A DNA stretch of 64,000 bases from NCBI GenBank assembly GCA_021808365.1, contig JAKBBU010000003.1, positions 4,685 through 68,684 of the forward strand, in the 5' to 3' direction. Below are positions 39,611 through 51,016 of the stretch, one piece after another. The notes under the pieces are model-generated. The model did not search any database. It saw nothing but the letters and a program-made list of their open reading frames with translations, and was not told the DNA's origin. Made by a program: the position numbers and the translations under genes. The DNA is from Pseudomonadota bacterium (GTDB lineage: Bacteria; Pseudomonadota; Gammaproteobacteria; JAKBBU01). The stretch's first letter is position 1; each line of letters opens with the position of its first letter.

Positions 39611-40907
39611 TCTCCGTAGATAAGCGAATATCAACCGCATTTTTATGTGCATCTAAACTTTCCAAGCGGGCTAATTCACAAATGGTGGGTGCTAATTGAG
39701 TGAGCCCTGTACGCGTTAATTCTTGAAAACTGATGGTTTTCATGAAATCACGCACAGACAAACCACTTAATGTTTTAGCAAAGCCATAAGTAGGTAATAC
39801 GTGATTCGTACCGCTGGCATAATCACCAGCTGATTCGGGTGACCAAGGCCCTAGAAAAACAGAGCCTGCAGCATGGATCGCATCCATATAAACTCGAGGC
39901 TGGGTCACTTGTAAAATTAAATGTTCAGGGGCATAAGCATTGGCAATAGCAATGGCTTCCATTAACGTTTCAACGAGAATAGAACAGCTATTCTCAAGGG
40001 CGTTTAGTGCAATGGCAGCTCTAGGTAATAATTTAATTTGTTGGGATAATGCACACTGAACACGATCAATAATATTCTCATCTGTGCAGACTAAAAAGAC
40101 TTGTGAGTCGGGACCATGTTCAGCTTGAGATAGAAGATCGGCCGCAATAAATTCAGGGTTGGCGTTTTCATCTGCAATGACCATTACTTCAGAAGGGCCA
40201 GCCGGTAAATCATAATCAGCGCCATTGGGATCTTGTGCAACCAATAACTTTGCCTGTGTCACCCAGGCATTGCCTGGGCCAAAAATCTTGTCAACCTTGG
40301 GTATTGTTTCGGTACCATATGCCATGGCAGCGATAGCTTGAGCTCCACCTAATTTATAAATGGTTGTGATATTGCAAAGTTTTGCAGCCATTAAAATGGC
40401 TGGATTGATATTGCCTTGTTGATCAGGGGGGGAACATAAGATGCGATTTTGGCAGCCTGCAATTTTAGAAGGCACACCTAACATTAATACACTTGAAATC
40501 AAGGGCGCAGTTCCTCCAGGAATATAAATCCCAATTTTATTCAAAGCACGCGGTTGATTTTCACAAAGAACACCAGGCGCTGTTTCAACGCTGAATGCAT
40601 TTAGTATTTGTGGTCCATGGAAATGGGTTAAACAGTTTATGGCTTGATTTAAAGCGTCTAAGGTTTGAGGTGCAATTTGTTCTTGGGCTTGTTCAAATTC
40701 AGCCGGGCTGACTTGAAAAGAGGTAAGGTCAACACGATCATACTGTGAGGTAAATTGACGCAAAGCGATATCGCCCTTGTATTTGACTTCATCAATGATT
40801 GTTTGTACTTGAGTTTTAAAGGCGTGATCATTTTTTCTCAGAGGTCTTTGCAGCTTCTCAGCCTGTTCTTTTATAGATAAATTATTCCAAATAATAGGAT
40901 TAAGCAT
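39597..40907 (-). CDS. hisD: Histidinol dehydrogenase (start probably MLNPIIWNNL)
   Basis: Full-length similarity to HisD; 8-bp overlap with hisG. Confidence 0.9.
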   Translation of the reverse strand: MLNPIIWNNLSIKEQAEKLQRPLRKNDHAFKTQVQTIIDEVKYKGDIALRQFTSQYDRVDLTSFQVSPAEFEQAQEQIAPQTLDALNQAINCLTHFHGPQILNAFSVETAPGVLCENQPRALNKIGIYIPGGTAPLISSVLMLGVPSKIAGCQNRILCSPPDQQGNINPAILMAAKLCNITTIYKLGGAQAIAAMAYGTETIPKVDKIFGPGNAWVTQAKLLVAQDPNGADYDLPAGPSEVMVIADENANPEFIAADLLSQAEHGPDSQVFLVCTDENIIDRVQCALSQQIKLLPRAAIALNALENSCSILVETLMEAIAIANAYAPEHLILQVTQPRVYMDAIHAAGSVFLGPWSPESAGDYASGTNHVLPTYGFAKTLSGLSVRDFMKTISFQELTRTGLTQLAPTICELARLESLDAHKNAVDIRLSTENDRE

Positions 40908-41577
40908 AACAGGCCTCCTGGGTAGAAATTCGATCAAGAAATATTTGTAAAATCGCTCGTTTTTCTTTTGAGCAGAGTCGCTTTGCTTGAATGAGAGCGG
41001 CCTCGCTCTTAAAAACAACCTCAACTTCTCGTAAGTTATTAGATTTTAAGGTACGTCCTGTAGAAACAAGGTCACAAATAGCATCAGCGATGCCAAGGCG
41101 AGGTGCAATTTCTACAGAGCCTGAAAAAGGAACAATGTTGATGTTAAGGTTTTTTTGTTTCAAAAAATTTTCTAAAATATTGGGATAAGACGTTGCTATC
41201 TTGCAGTTTTTGAGTGTGTTTATCGATTGATAATTAAATTGTTCGGGAACGGCAAGTGAAAGGCGACACAAGGCAAACCCAAGATTAGAAACAATTTCTA
41301 AATTGTAGGTTGTACTTGGCACATTTTTTCCAAACGCTTGCTCTTGCAGCACATTACTGCCCACGATCCCAAAGTCACAAAAACCAGAGGCAATTAAATT
41401 CGGAATATCATCATCGCGGACGAATAAGACATCTAAAGGAAAGTTATCGCTGTGACAAAATAATTGTTCTTTATGGGTAGATACTTTAATGCCACAGTCA
41501 GTGATGAAATTTAAAGACGCTTCATTGAGTCGGCCTGACTTTTGAATGGCAATACGGATCCGATTTTGATTTGTCAT
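40900..41577 (-). CDS. hisG: ATP phosphoribosyltransferase, short form (225 aa)
   Basis: Lacks the C-terminal regulatory domain of long-form HisG. No hisZ in the window. Confidence 0.8.
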   Translation of the reverse strand: MTNQNRIRIAIQKSGRLNEASLNFITDCGIKVSTHKEQLFCHSDNFPLDVLFVRDDDIPNLIASGFCDFGIVGSNVLQEQAFGKNVPSTTYNLEIVSNLGFALCRLSLAVPEQFNYQSINTLKNCKIATSYPNILENFLKQKNLNINIVPFSGSVEIAPRLGIADAICDLVSTGRTLKSNNLREVEVVFKSEAALIQAKRLCSKEKRAILQIFLDRISTQEACYA

Positions 41578-41847
41578 AGAACTCTCCCCAAAAAATACGT
41601 GAAAAAAAACCCTGGGTTGCTTTTGCCGCCCAGGGCTTCAATGGAGAGTCCATGAAGGGGGAGGCAAAGCCTCCCCGCCAGAAGAGACTTATCTCAACCG
41701 GTGATGGATATGATGTAGTACAAATTGAATAGACATAATGTTGACCTTTTCGAGGTAAAACCTCACTTAACATTAGATTATTCTATTTTTTCTAATCAGG
41801 CAAGGTTTTCTATCAAAAAAAATCAAAAAAATTTATAATAGGCCTTA

Positions 41848-41934
41848 TTCTCATATTAATCGAGTACAGAGAAGGATGCACCAATGCCACAACACGCATT
41901 GGTGCATCCTTCTCTGTACTCGATTAATATGAGA
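41848..41934. repeat. 87-bp palindrome, family A (loop CCACAACACG), in the divergent hisG / MFS promoter region
   Basis: ttctcatattaatcgagtacagagaaggatgcaccaatg..cattggtgcatccttctctgtactcgattaatatgagaa. Confidence 0.8.
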
Positions 41935-41958
41935 AAGGCAGCATCATAGGGATTTCGC

Positions 41959-43215
41959 ATGCACTCATCCAAACGCTCACATTATGGCCTATTCGGCTGG
42001 TTTATTTTTAGCATGGGCGCTGTTTTTTATAGTTACGAATTTCTTCTGCGCATTTTACCCAGCGTGATGACATCTGATTTAATGCAAGCCCATCATCTGA
42101 CGACAGCAGGGTTTGGTTATTTGGCCGCCACCTATTACGTGATCTATACTCTGATGCAATTACCGGTGGGTTTGTTGATTGATCGCTATGGGCCACGGCG
42201 ATTGTTATTATTTGCCAGTGGTATTTGTGCAATGGGTTCTTTTTTATTTGCCTCTTCATCGTTAACGTTTGCGGTGATCGGTCGGATTCTCATTGGATTG
42301 GGTTCTGCGTTTGGATTTGTGGGTGTGTTGCGTTTGGCTTCCCTATGTTTACCTCTACAACGGTTTGCCTTAGCAACCGGATTAGTTACAACGCTGGGTA
42401 TGATCGGTGGCGTCATTGGTGATCTTGGGTTGAGTCACTTAGTTGAGATCACAAATTGGCATATTGCAATCTTATCTTCAGCGTGGATGGGCGTGTTATT
42501 AATGATGATGTTTTATTGTATGCCTGAAATACGGCATCATTGGATTCATCAGCGTGAGCAACAGCCTCGTCATTTAAGCGAGCAAATCAAAACAATTTTG
42601 CGCATGCCTGTAATTTGGCTCAATGGGTTTGTAGGAAGCTTGCTCTATATTCCTTTATCGGTGTTTGGGGAATTATGGGGAATTTCGTATTTAGAAACCG
42701 TTCAAGAATTGACACGCCTCGAAGCGACGTTGGCAGTTTCGTGGTTGATGTGGGGGTGGGCCGTAGGTGCACCTCTGGCAGGTTGGTTGGCCGATAAAAT
42801 GGGACGTCGATACCGTGTGTTATTGAGTGGTAGTTTTTTGTCTTGCCTATTAATTTTATTCGTACTGCAGACACATTTTTCAAGTCATATTACTTTATTT
42901 TTTGCGATGTTTTTATTCGGTGTTTTCTGTTCAGGGCAAGTATTGGCGATGGTGATTGTACGTGACATTTGCCCATCTCCTTTATTGGGCACGGGACTTG
43001 CGATTACGAATATGATTATTATGGCGAGCAGTTTTATCGCTCAGCCCTTAATTGGTATCTTAATGCGTTCTCATTCTTTCGCATTAACCCATCATTTTTA
43101 TTATGCAAGCGTGTCTGTGGATTATCGCCATGCGATGTATGTTGTTCCTGCGAGTATTTTTTTAGGGATAGTGATTTTGGTTGTGCAGATAAGATGGGTT
43201 CGGGTTAGGTCGTAA
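41959..43215 (+). CDS. MFS transporter (12 TMS)
   Basis: Hydrophobic profile with an MFS loop motif around DRYGPRR. Confidence 0.65.
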   Translation: MHSSKRSHYGLFGWFIFSMGAVFYSYEFLLRILPSVMTSDLMQAHHLTTAGFGYLAATYYVIYTLMQLPVGLLIDRYGPRRLLLFASGICAMGSFLFASSSLTFAVIGRILIGLGSAFGFVGVLRLASLCLPLQRFALATGLVTTLGMIGGVIGDLGLSHLVEITNWHIAILSSAWMGVLLMMMFYCMPEIRHHWIHQREQQPRHLSEQIKTILRMPVIWLNGFVGSLLYIPLSVFGELWGISYLETVQELTRLEATLAVSWLMWGWAVGAPLAGWLADKMGRRYRVLLSGSFLSCLLILFVLQTHFSSHITLFFAMFLFGVFCSGQVLAMVIVRDICPSPLLGTGLAITNMIIMASSFIAQPLIGILMRSHSFALTHHFYYASVSVDYRHAMYVVPASIFLGIVILVVQIRWVRVRS

Positions 43216-44005
43216 TGTAGATATCAAACCGATTTGTTTTTCCAATGAGCTGATGATTAGGTTTGCGATCACTGATGAGCGGATCAAGGCTGTGTCGTTT
43301 AACGACAACGCGTTGGCGCGCGGCATGATAAGCGGCGTTGAAAAGGGTTGTTGCATCGGGATCATCGCCGACAAGATCGCGCAAGATTCTCATCTCTTTT
43401 TTTACGAGGGCAGAGGAGTGTCGTTGGGGGAACATGGGGTCGAGGTAAATGACATCAAAGAGACCTAAGTGTTTTTCTTGTTGAAGATAAGTGGTGGCAT
43501 CGGTGATGGTTAGTTCAAAGTGTCGATCTTGCCAGAGGGGATGAGTTTTGAGGCGTGTGAGTCCATCAGCGAGGAGGGCAGCAATCGGTAGGGCGCGCTC
43601 GAGACTTTGGACGGTACAGCCGAGTGAAGCCAACAAGAAGCTATCTCGTCCGAGACCGGCCGTGGCATCGAGGACATGAAGTTTGTTTTTAGGCTTGAGA
43701 CCGATTGCGCGGGCGAGGGTTTCATTTTGAGTGGAGCTTCGTTGTTGCCGACGGACGAGGGGGCCGTTAAGGAAGTCAACATGGATCGGTTTGAAATTTT
43801 TTTCTTGTAGGTGCCGGAGTTGAAGGTAGTTGGGTGTGCATTCGAGTAGGAAGGTGGGTTGGACTTGTTCGTTGAGGATCGGGAGGCCTAATTGTTTGGC
43901 CCAGGCGAGGGTTGTGGCTTGTTGCTCGGGTGAGGTGTGGGTGATGGCGCAGATAGGTTTTTCAGTCATGCGGTGTAGTTTGTCTTGGATGGGGTTTGAG
44001 AGCAA
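43205..44005 (-). CDS. rsmJ: Class I SAM-dependent 16S rRNA (m2G1516) methyltransferase RsmJ-like
   Basis: LDATAGLGRDSFLLASLGCTVQSLER resembles the RsmJ/YhiQ signature. Confidence 0.6.
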   Translation of the reverse strand: MLSNPIQDKLHRMTEKPICAITHTSPEQQATTLAWAKQLGLPILNEQVQPTFLLECTPNYLQLRHLQEKNFKPIHVDFLNGPLVRRQQRSSTQNETLARAIGLKPKNKLHVLDATAGLGRDSFLLASLGCTVQSLERALPIAALLADGLTRLKTHPLWQDRHFELTITDATTYLQQEKHLGLFDVIYLDPMFPQRHSSALVKKEMRILRDLVGDDPDATTLFNAAYHAARQRVVVKRHSLDPLISDRKPNHQLIGKTNRFDIYITT

Positions 44006-44010
44006 GAGAT

Positions 44011-44107
44011 TTAGGCGCGTGATTGCATAGTGACAGGAAAGGCTGCACCAATACGTGTTCTGGTATTGGTGCAGCCTTTCCTGTCACTATGCAATCATGC
44101 GCCTAAA
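44011..44107. repeat. 97-bp palindrome, family A, in inverted orientation, between ihfB and rsmJ
   Basis: ttaggcgcgtgattgcatagtgacaggaaaggctgcaccaata..tattggtgcagcctttcctgtcactatgcaatcatgcgcctaa. Confidence 0.8.
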
Positions 44108-44127
44108 TCATGAAAAGTAGGTGCTGG

Positions 44128-44436
44128 CTAATCAACCAAAGCTTCATTCACACGCTCGCGCAATTCCTTTCCAGGTTTGAAATGGATTGCAAAGCTGGGT
44201 TCTGTCCGCCAGCTTTCACCCGTGACCGGGTTTCTAGCATATCGAGCGCCCCATTGATTGCGGCGAAAGCTCCCAAAGCCACGAACCTCAATGCGTCCGC
44301 CCTCATTGAGGGTGTCGGAGATTTGGTCAAGCAAGGTGTTTACAGCCTTGCTGATGGCTTCATCTTGTTCTGGCGTCCCATCGCGTTCAAGCTCAAGGCG
44401 AGCAACCAGGGAGTTGATCAGTTCTGATTTCGTCAT
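44128..44436 (-). CDS. ihfB: Integration host factor beta subunit (start MTKSELI at 44436)
   Basis: MTKSELINSL..RIEVRGFGSF..HFKPGKELRERVN vs E. coli IhfB. Confidence 0.8.
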   Translation of the reverse strand: MTKSELINSLVARLELERDGTPEQDEAISKAVNTLLDQISDTLNEGGRIEVRGFGSFRRNQWGARYARNPVTGESWRTEPSFAIHFKPGKELRERVNEALVD

Positions 44437-44569
44437 ATCGTTCTTCCTATTATTCTTAGTGTGGTCAACATTAAACCATATTTTTGAGTAAGAAGCAAGC
44501 GAAATCCTACGGATCTCCACTATTGTCACAATCTACGCTAGGATCCTATTTTAACCTCGAGGGATTCCC

Positions 44570-45787
44570 ATGCACCATGCCGTTGAAAAACCAAGAGCTG
44601 CAGTCCACTTTACCCCCTACCAAAAAAAGATCCTCTTTTTTTCTTGTTTAATCCTCGTGATCGGCTTATCCGCGATTGATTTTATCAATCCCTCCTTGCC
44701 CTATATCATGAAAACCCTGAATGTTTCGCAAAGTACCACCAAGGGCCTCATGATTGCCTATATGATTACCCTAGGTGTGGCGCAATTATTTTACGGCGTT
44801 TTTTCCGATAACTATGGGCGAAAAAAAGCGATTCTAGTGTCATTTGTGATCGCCATTCTTGGGTTTATCGTCTCAGCTCTGAGTCAAAACATTGCAATGT
44901 TGTATGTCGGGCGCATTCTGACCGCCTTGGGTACAGCGGGTTGCCCCGTGATTGCCAGAGCGTTAATTTCCGATATTTGTACTGATTCTATTCATGTGAA
45001 AAAAGCATTTTCTTATTTCAGTATGTCATCGCAATGCTCACCGGCCTTTGCGCCGATCTTAGGCGGTGCCATACAACAATATGCCGATTGGCATTGGTCA
45101 TTTGTCGCTTTGGCGGTAATCAATATAGTTGCGTTCTTGATATTGTTTATGATTTTGCCTGAAACGCATCGAATTCCTCAAGCAAAAAAAATCTTGAGTG
45201 AACAAGTGAAAGTTTATTGGGAATTATTGGGTCTACGACGATTCATGTTTTTTAATTTTTTCTCTTCATTAATGTTTGTTTTTACAATCGGCTTTTACAG
45301 TTTAACGCCCTTTGTATTTAAAGCGCTCGGTCTTGCACCGATCGAAAATGGTTTGTTCTATGGCATTTACGCAATCGGCCTTGTGGCAGGGTCTTTGGGG
45401 TTGGCAACTGTTTTTTCAAAGATGAATTCAGAGAAAACATTTTTCTGGGGATTGGTTTTATTTTTCATTTTATTCACGCTTGGATTAGCCGTATTTTCAT
45501 TCACGAATAGTTTAATTCTCATTGGAATTTTTTCATTTATATTGGCATTTTTGTGTGGTCTAGTGGCCCCTCTGGTCATGTCATTATGTTTGGAAGGATT
45601 TAGCGTGAATAAGGGTGCGGCCAGTGCTGTTCAGAGTTTGATTAAATTGGGTTTTTCAGGTGTAGTTTTGTTTATGTTCAATTTTGTGGAGTTGTACTCT
45701 TTTATCGACATTTTAATGATTTTTGAAGTGATTGCGATTGTTTTATGGCTGGGATATGGGGTGGAAAAATGGTATCAAAAAATGTAG
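44570..45787 (+). CDS. MFS transporter, Bcr/CflA-type
   Basis: 12 TMS, GVFSDNYGRKKAIL motif. Confidence 0.7.
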   Translation: MHHAVEKPRAAVHFTPYQKKILFFSCLILVIGLSAIDFINPSLPYIMKTLNVSQSTTKGLMIAYMITLGVAQLFYGVFSDNYGRKKAILVSFVIAILGFIVSALSQNIAMLYVGRILTALGTAGCPVIARALISDICTDSIHVKKAFSYFSMSSQCSPAFAPILGGAIQQYADWHWSFVALAVINIVAFLILFMILPETHRIPQAKKILSEQVKVYWELLGLRRFMFFNFFSSLMFVFTIGFYSLTPFVFKALGLAPIENGLFYGIYAIGLVAGSLGLATVFSKMNSEKTFFWGLVLFFILFTLGLAVFSFTNSLILIGIFSFILAFLCGLVAPLVMSLCLEGFSVNKGAASAVQSLIKLGFSGVVLFMFNFVELYSFIDILMIFEVIAIVLWLGYGVEKWYQKM

Positions 45788-45878
45788 GTTGCGTAACCCA
45801 ACAATGCAATCGCGAAACGTATAGTATTTTAATTTAAGAACAGCTAAAATGAACCAATCTTATTTGAAAGGGGTCTCC

Positions 45879-46205
45879 ATGAGCCAATACACACTTGCTG
45901 TCACTGACGAATCGTTTGAAGTTGATGTTTTGAAGTCCGAAGCGCCTGTTCTTGTTGATTTTTGGGCGCAATGGTGCGGACCCTGCAAAATGATTGCGCC
46001 TACACTTGAAGATATTGCTAAAACTTATGAGGGCCGTCTTAAAGTGGTTAAGATTGACATCGATCAAAATAATGAAACGCCAGCGAAATATGGAGTGCGC
46101 GGGATCCCAACGCTCATCTTGTTTACCAAGGGCGCTATTCAGGCCACAAAGGTGGGCGCATTGACCCGTTCCCAATTAGTTGACTTTTTGGAAGAACACC
46201 TGTAA
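45879..46205 (+). CDS. trxA: Thioredoxin
   Basis: WAQWCGPCK active site; start MSQYTLAV. Confidence 0.9.
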   Translation: MSQYTLAVTDESFEVDVLKSEAPVLVDFWAQWCGPCKMIAPTLEDIAKTYEGRLKVVKIDIDQNNETPAKYGVRGIPTLILFTKGAIQATKVGALTRSQLVDFLEEHL

Positions 46206-46523
46206 GCTTCTTGCAGTAGTTTCTTTTTTCTTGTGGACAGAATCAAAAACATCTGCTAACCTGAAATTGTACTCAAAGTGATTCATTTTTAGGCTAGAAT
46301 GCCTAAGAATGAACCGAGAAGAGTATATCTTCCTTGGGTCTGTTTTCAGCCCCTTAATCTTAAAGAATTAATCTCAGTAATGCGGGGATCTCCCTTTCTA
46401 GGAAGATCTGCTGGTTTGCTAGAGATTAATCGATAAATTCTAAACACCCATCTGGATCCCACATCTATGGCAAATCATACAAGTAAAAAATCTTCTGTTG
46501 ACCTTCTTGATCCCGCAAAATCG

Positions 46524-47786
46524 ATGAATCTATCTGATTTAAAAAAGAGGACTCCTGCAGAACTCCTTGAACTATCAAAAGAATTAGGCTTGAGCGCCGA
46601 GCAATTCGGGCGTTTGGACCGGCAGAGTATGACGTTTAACATCCTTAGGGAAGTGGCCAACCGGGGTGAACATATTTTAGGTGGCGGCGTATTGGAAATC
46701 TTGTCAGAGGGCTATGGCTTTCTACGGACGCCTGAAGCAAATTACTTGCCGGGACCCGATGATATTTATGTGTCTCCTGCACAAATTCGACGCTTTGGTC
46801 TTCGTACTGGTGATACCGTTGAAGGGCATATTCGTCCTCCTAAGGAAAGCGAACGTTATTTTGCACTGCTCAAAGTTTCGACGATCAATTATGAATCGCC
46901 CGAAAGTGCCCGCAATAAGATTTTATTTGAAAACTTAACGCCCCTGCATCCCGATCGTCGCATTTGTTTGGAAATCGGCAATGGCAGTACGGAAGATATC
47001 ACTGCACGTATCATTCATATGGTTTCACCCCTTGGTAAGGGGCAACGTGGTTTGATCGTTTCCCCACCCAAGGCGGGTAAAACGATGATCCTCCAAAATA
47101 TTGCTCATTCAATCGCGGCTAATCATCCTGAATGCTATCTCATTGTCTTACTCATTGACGAACGTCCTGAAGAAGTGACGGAAATGACACGTTCTGTTAA
47201 GGGTGAGGTGGTTGCGAGTACCTTTGATGAACCTGCTTCCCGCCATGTGCAAGTGGCCGAAATGGTGATTGAAAAAGCAAAGCGCTTAGTCGAACATAAG
47301 CGAGATGTCGTGATCTTGATGGATTCAATGACACGGCTTGCTCGTGCATACAATACTGTTGTGCCTTCTTCAGGAAAAGTATTAACGGGTGGTGTGGACG
47401 CTAACGCGCTCCAACGGCCAAAGCGTTTCTTTGGTGCTGCACGGAATATTGAAGAGGGTGGCAGCTTAACGATCCTTGCAACTGCTTTAGTCGATACGGG
47501 ATCAAAGATGGATGAAGTCATCTATGAAGAATTCAAAGGCACAGGTAATCTCGAATTACATTTAGATCGTCAGATCGCTGAGAAGCGGATATTCCCTGCA
47601 ATTGATATTAATCGTTCGGGCACACGCCGCGAAGAATTACTTTTGAGTCCAGAAGAAAAGAAAAACATGGATATTCTGCGTAAATTATTGCACCCCATGC
47701 CACCGCCACCGGCTGCGGAATTTCTACTTGATCGTCTCAAGGCGACTAAAACCAATGCAGATTTTTTTGCATCTATGAGGCGTTAA
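46524..47786 (+). CDS. rho: Transcription termination factor Rho (start MNLSDLKK by homology; an in-frame ATG at 46467 would add 19 aa)
   Basis: Near-collinear with E. coli Rho. Confidence 0.9.
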   Translation: MNLSDLKKRTPAELLELSKELGLSAEQFGRLDRQSMTFNILREVANRGEHILGGGVLEILSEGYGFLRTPEANYLPGPDDIYVSPAQIRRFGLRTGDTVEGHIRPPKESERYFALLKVSTINYESPESARNKILFENLTPLHPDRRICLEIGNGSTEDITARIIHMVSPLGKGQRGLIVSPPKAGKTMILQNIAHSIAANHPECYLIVLLIDERPEEVTEMTRSVKGEVVASTFDEPASRHVQVAEMVIEKAKRLVEHKRDVVILMDSMTRLARAYNTVVPSSGKVLTGGVDANALQRPKRFFGAARNIEEGGSLTILATALVDTGSKMDEVIYEEFKGTGNLELHLDRQIAEKRIFPAIDINRSGTRREELLLSPEEKKNMDILRKLLHPMPPPPAAEFLLDRLKATKTNADFFASMRR

Positions 47787-47934
47787 TTAAGACTTCTTTC
47801 TGAAACCAAGAATTTTGTGCAAGTTCAAGGCGCATGGCCTTCGAACAGCGGAGTTTATTGGGCATAAATGAGCAGCGGAGAAGGACATGCAACATAGAAA
47901 TTGCGCAAAAGGCGATGGTTTCGAAAGAAGTCGG

Positions 47935-49398
47935 ATGAAATATGCGGATCTGCGGGATTTTATTGACCTGCTTGAAAAACGCCAATTACTCAAGCAAATA
48001 GATATTCCCGTCGATCCCTATCTTCAAGTCACAGAAATTGCTCATCGAACGCTTCTTCAAGAAGGTCCGGCTTTACTTTTTACAAAGCCGAAGGGTTCAT
48101 CTATTCCATTATTATGTAATTTATTTGGCACCACCGAACGTGTTGCGCTTGGCATGGGTGAAGAACAAGTTTGTGCACTACGCGATGTTGGAAAATTACT
48201 CGCCTTCCTCAAAGAACCTGAACCACCGCGCGGCATGCGTGATGCCTGGCAAAAATTACCTATTTTCAAACAAATTCTGGACATGGCACCCAAGGAAGTG
48301 CGTCATGGGCCTTGCCAAGAGATTGTTTGGGAAGGTGATGCTGTTGATCTTTACAAATTCCCGTTGCAAACCTGTTGGCCCGATGATGCAGGTCCTTTAA
48401 TTACTTGGGGATTAGTGACCACGCGCGGGCCTGATAAACCTCGACAAAACTTAGGTATTTATCGTCAGCAAGTCGTCGCGCGCAATAAAGTCATTATGCG
48501 TTGGCTCGCGCATCGCGGGGGCGCGCTTGATTTTCGGGATTGGCAATTAGTGTATCCTGGGAAACCATTTCCAGTGTCCGTGGTTTTAGGTTGCGATCCT
48601 GCAACTATTTTAGCGGCTGTAACACCGATCCCTGATACATTGGCTGAATATGCCTTTGCAGGATTATTGCGAGGATGCCGAACGGAATTAGTACGTTGCC
48701 TTGGAAATGATCTCTTAGTGCCTGCGCGTGCTGAAATTATTTTAGAAGGATTTATTGAGCCTGGTGAATTTGCACCTGAAGGTCCGTTTGGCGATCACAC
48801 TGGTTATTACAATGAAGTGGAACATTTTCCAGTCTTCACGATTGATCGGATCACGATGCGTAAAGATCCCATTTATCACAGCACGTATACAGGGCGTCCT
48901 CCAGATGAGCCGGCCATTTTAGGTGTTGCACTCAATGAAGTATTTATTCCCTTGCTGCAAAAACAATTCCCAGAAATTGTCGATTTTTATTTGCCGCCGG
49001 AGGGGTGTTCCTATCGGTTTGCGATTGTGACGATTCGTAAACAATATTTAGGTCATGCGAAGCGTGTGATGTTGGGCGTATGGTCGTTCTTGCGTCAATT
49101 CATGTACACGAAATTTGTAGTTGTCACAGATGAAGATATTAATCCGCGTTCTTGGCCTGATGTGATCTGGGCGATCACGACGCGTATGGATCCGGCTCGC
49201 GATACGGTGCTGATTGAAAATACGCCGATCGACAGTCTTGATTTTGCCTCACCGACAGCAGGATTGGGATCAAAAATTGGATTTGATGCGACCACGAAAT
49301 GGCCTGGTGAAACGAATCGCGAGTGGGGCCGACCAATTACGATGTGCTCGGATGTTATTCGAGAAGTCGATGAGTTGTGGGATTCGCTGGGGATCTAA
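47935..49398 (+). CDS. ubiD: 3-octaprenyl-4-hydroxybenzoate carboxy-lyase
   Basis: [15 protein letters not shown].. collinear with E. coli UbiD. Confidence 0.9.
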   Translation: MKYADLRDFIDLLEKRQLLKQIDIPVDPYLQVTEIAHRTLLQEGPALLFTKPKGSSIPLLCNLFGTTERVALGMGEEQVCALRDVGKLLAFLKEPEPPRGMRDAWQKLPIFKQILDMAPKEVRHGPCQEIVWEGDAVDLYKFPLQTCWPDDAGPLITWGLVTTRGPDKPRQNLGIYRQQVVARNKVIMRWLAHRGGALDFRDWQLVYPGKPFPVSVVLGCDPATILAAVTPIPDTLAEYAFAGLLRGCRTELVRCLGNDLLVPARAEIILEGFIEPGEFAPEGPFGDHTGYYNEVEHFPVFTIDRITMRKDPIYHSTYTGRPPDEPAILGVALNEVFIPLLQKQFPEIVDFYLPPEGCSYRFAIVTIRKQYLGHAKRVMLGVWSFLRQFMYTKFVVVTDEDINPRSWPDVIWAITTRMDPARDTVLIENTPIDSLDFASPTAGLGSKIGFDATTKWPGETNREWGRPITMCSDVIREVDELWDSLGI

Positions 49399-49401
49399 AA
49401 C

Positions 49402-50742
49402 ATGCAACCCATAAAACCTGGTAAGAGAATCATTGCTCTCGCCCTCCCTATGGCAGGCAGTCAATTTGTCAGTGTGGCGAGCGGCTTTTTATGTATGGCT
49501 ATGCTAGCCGCATTAGGTCACGATGTCCTTGCCGCAAGCGCGCTTATTTTTTCGACACAATTGTCGATCATAGTGAGCGGCATGTCTATTTTATTTTCCC
49601 TGAGTGTTTTAGTCGGCCATGCTCATGGTGCAGAAGATCATCTGGCCGTTGGCAATTATTTACAACAAAGTTGGACATTATCACTCCTCATCAGTATTCC
49701 CATTATGTTTCTCTTTTGGCATATTGATGCCGTATTAATTTTCTTTGGTCAATCTAAAGAAATGGCGAGCATTGTACACGCCTATTTTCACGCTTATGTA
49801 TGGACTGTGCTTCCCTGGTTTTTAACCACCTGCAATATGCAATTTGGTTACGGGATCCATAAAAAAGCGCTTATTGTCACAACAAGTGCGCTCAGTGTCA
49901 TTGTACTGCTCATCGCAGCATATACCTTGATTTTTGGAAAATTCGGCATGCCCAAATTAGGCGTTGCTGGGCTTGGCTATGCAAGCTGTATTCAATCTAG
50001 CTTTTTCTTTATCGTGACCACGCTTTTTTTCTATCATGACAAAAGCTTTACACGATTTGAATTATTTCGTTATCGCGTCCATCAGAATTTGAGCTATTTT
50101 GCAAAAATGTTTAAATTAGGCTGGCCCATTTGCGTACAAATGAGCGGGGAAATGTTCTCGTTTTTTGTCAGCGGTATTATGATCGGGTGGATAGGAACGA
50201 CCGCGTTGGCTGCCTTTCAGATCATCAATCAGTATTATATGTTAATCGTTATTCCTATCTTTTCGCTTTCACAAGCCAGCGGCATATTAGTAGGGCATGC
50301 CTGCGGCGCTGAGCAATTTTCTGACGTGAAAAAATTAGCCTATGCCAGCATTAAAATCGTTCTTGTAGCCAGTTCTATCGTTGCGCTTATATTTTTATTC
50401 TTTCCTAAAAGCTTAGCGGCATTTTATATGAGCGTGAATGATCCTGCCAATGCAGCAACACTGCACTTAACGATTTTACTCTTCATCATTATTGCGTTTT
50501 CTCAGATGTTTGATGCTGTGCGGAATGTGTTAATCGGGATATTACGGGGATTGTTTGATACCCATTTTGCGATGTATACGAGTTTGTTAACCATCTGGAT
50601 CATTGGAATGCCCTTGAGCTATCTTTTGGCTTTCCCGCTTCATTTAGGCGCCGTGGGGTTTGTCATTGGCGGCATGTTGGGGATGCTGGGCGGTGTGACC
50701 ATTTTGGCTTGTCGATGGATGGTGTTGAGTCGGAGGTATTGA
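49402..50742 (+). CDS. MATE-family efflux transporter
   Basis: 12 TMS with MATE-like repeats. Confidence 0.7.
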   Translation: MQPIKPGKRIIALALPMAGSQFVSVASGFLCMAMLAALGHDVLAASALIFSTQLSIIVSGMSILFSLSVLVGHAHGAEDHLAVGNYLQQSWTLSLLISIPIMFLFWHIDAVLIFFGQSKEMASIVHAYFHAYVWTVLPWFLTTCNMQFGYGIHKKALIVTTSALSVIVLLIAAYTLIFGKFGMPKLGVAGLGYASCIQSSFFFIVTTLFFYHDKSFTRFELFRYRVHQNLSYFAKMFKLGWPICVQMSGEMFSFFVSGIMIGWIGTTALAAFQIINQYYMLIVIPIFSLSQASGILVGHACGAEQFSDVKKLAYASIKIVLVASSIVALIFLFFPKSLAAFYMSVNDPANAATLHLTILLFIIIAFSQMFDAVRNVLIGILRGLFDTHFAMYTSLLTIWIIGMPLSYLLAFPLHLGAVGFVIGGMLGMLGGVTILACRWMVLSRRY

Positions 50743-51016
50743 GGATGAATATACCCGAAGCGAATGAGTTTTCGGGTATATCATCCTCGAGATTGTAACG
50801 ACTACTAATTCGTTGACAGTTTTGATTAGCCCGAGATGGCTGCATCAACGAGATCCACCATAGTTTTGCCCATCAAAATGCCATCCCCCAGAAATTTTTA
50901 AACAACCAAGCGTAAGCACTTGACAGGCGGGAAGTATCCGAACTAGAATCGCGCCTCCCCTGTTTAAGAAGGGCTTGAGTGTTACTGCTCAGCTCCGATT
51001 GAAATTGGACGAAAGC

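Noticed and set aside
41522-41773. Minus-strand ORF upstream of hisG as a candidate his leader peptide
   Set aside because: It has no run of His codons. The region is better explained by hairpins and the family-A palindrome.
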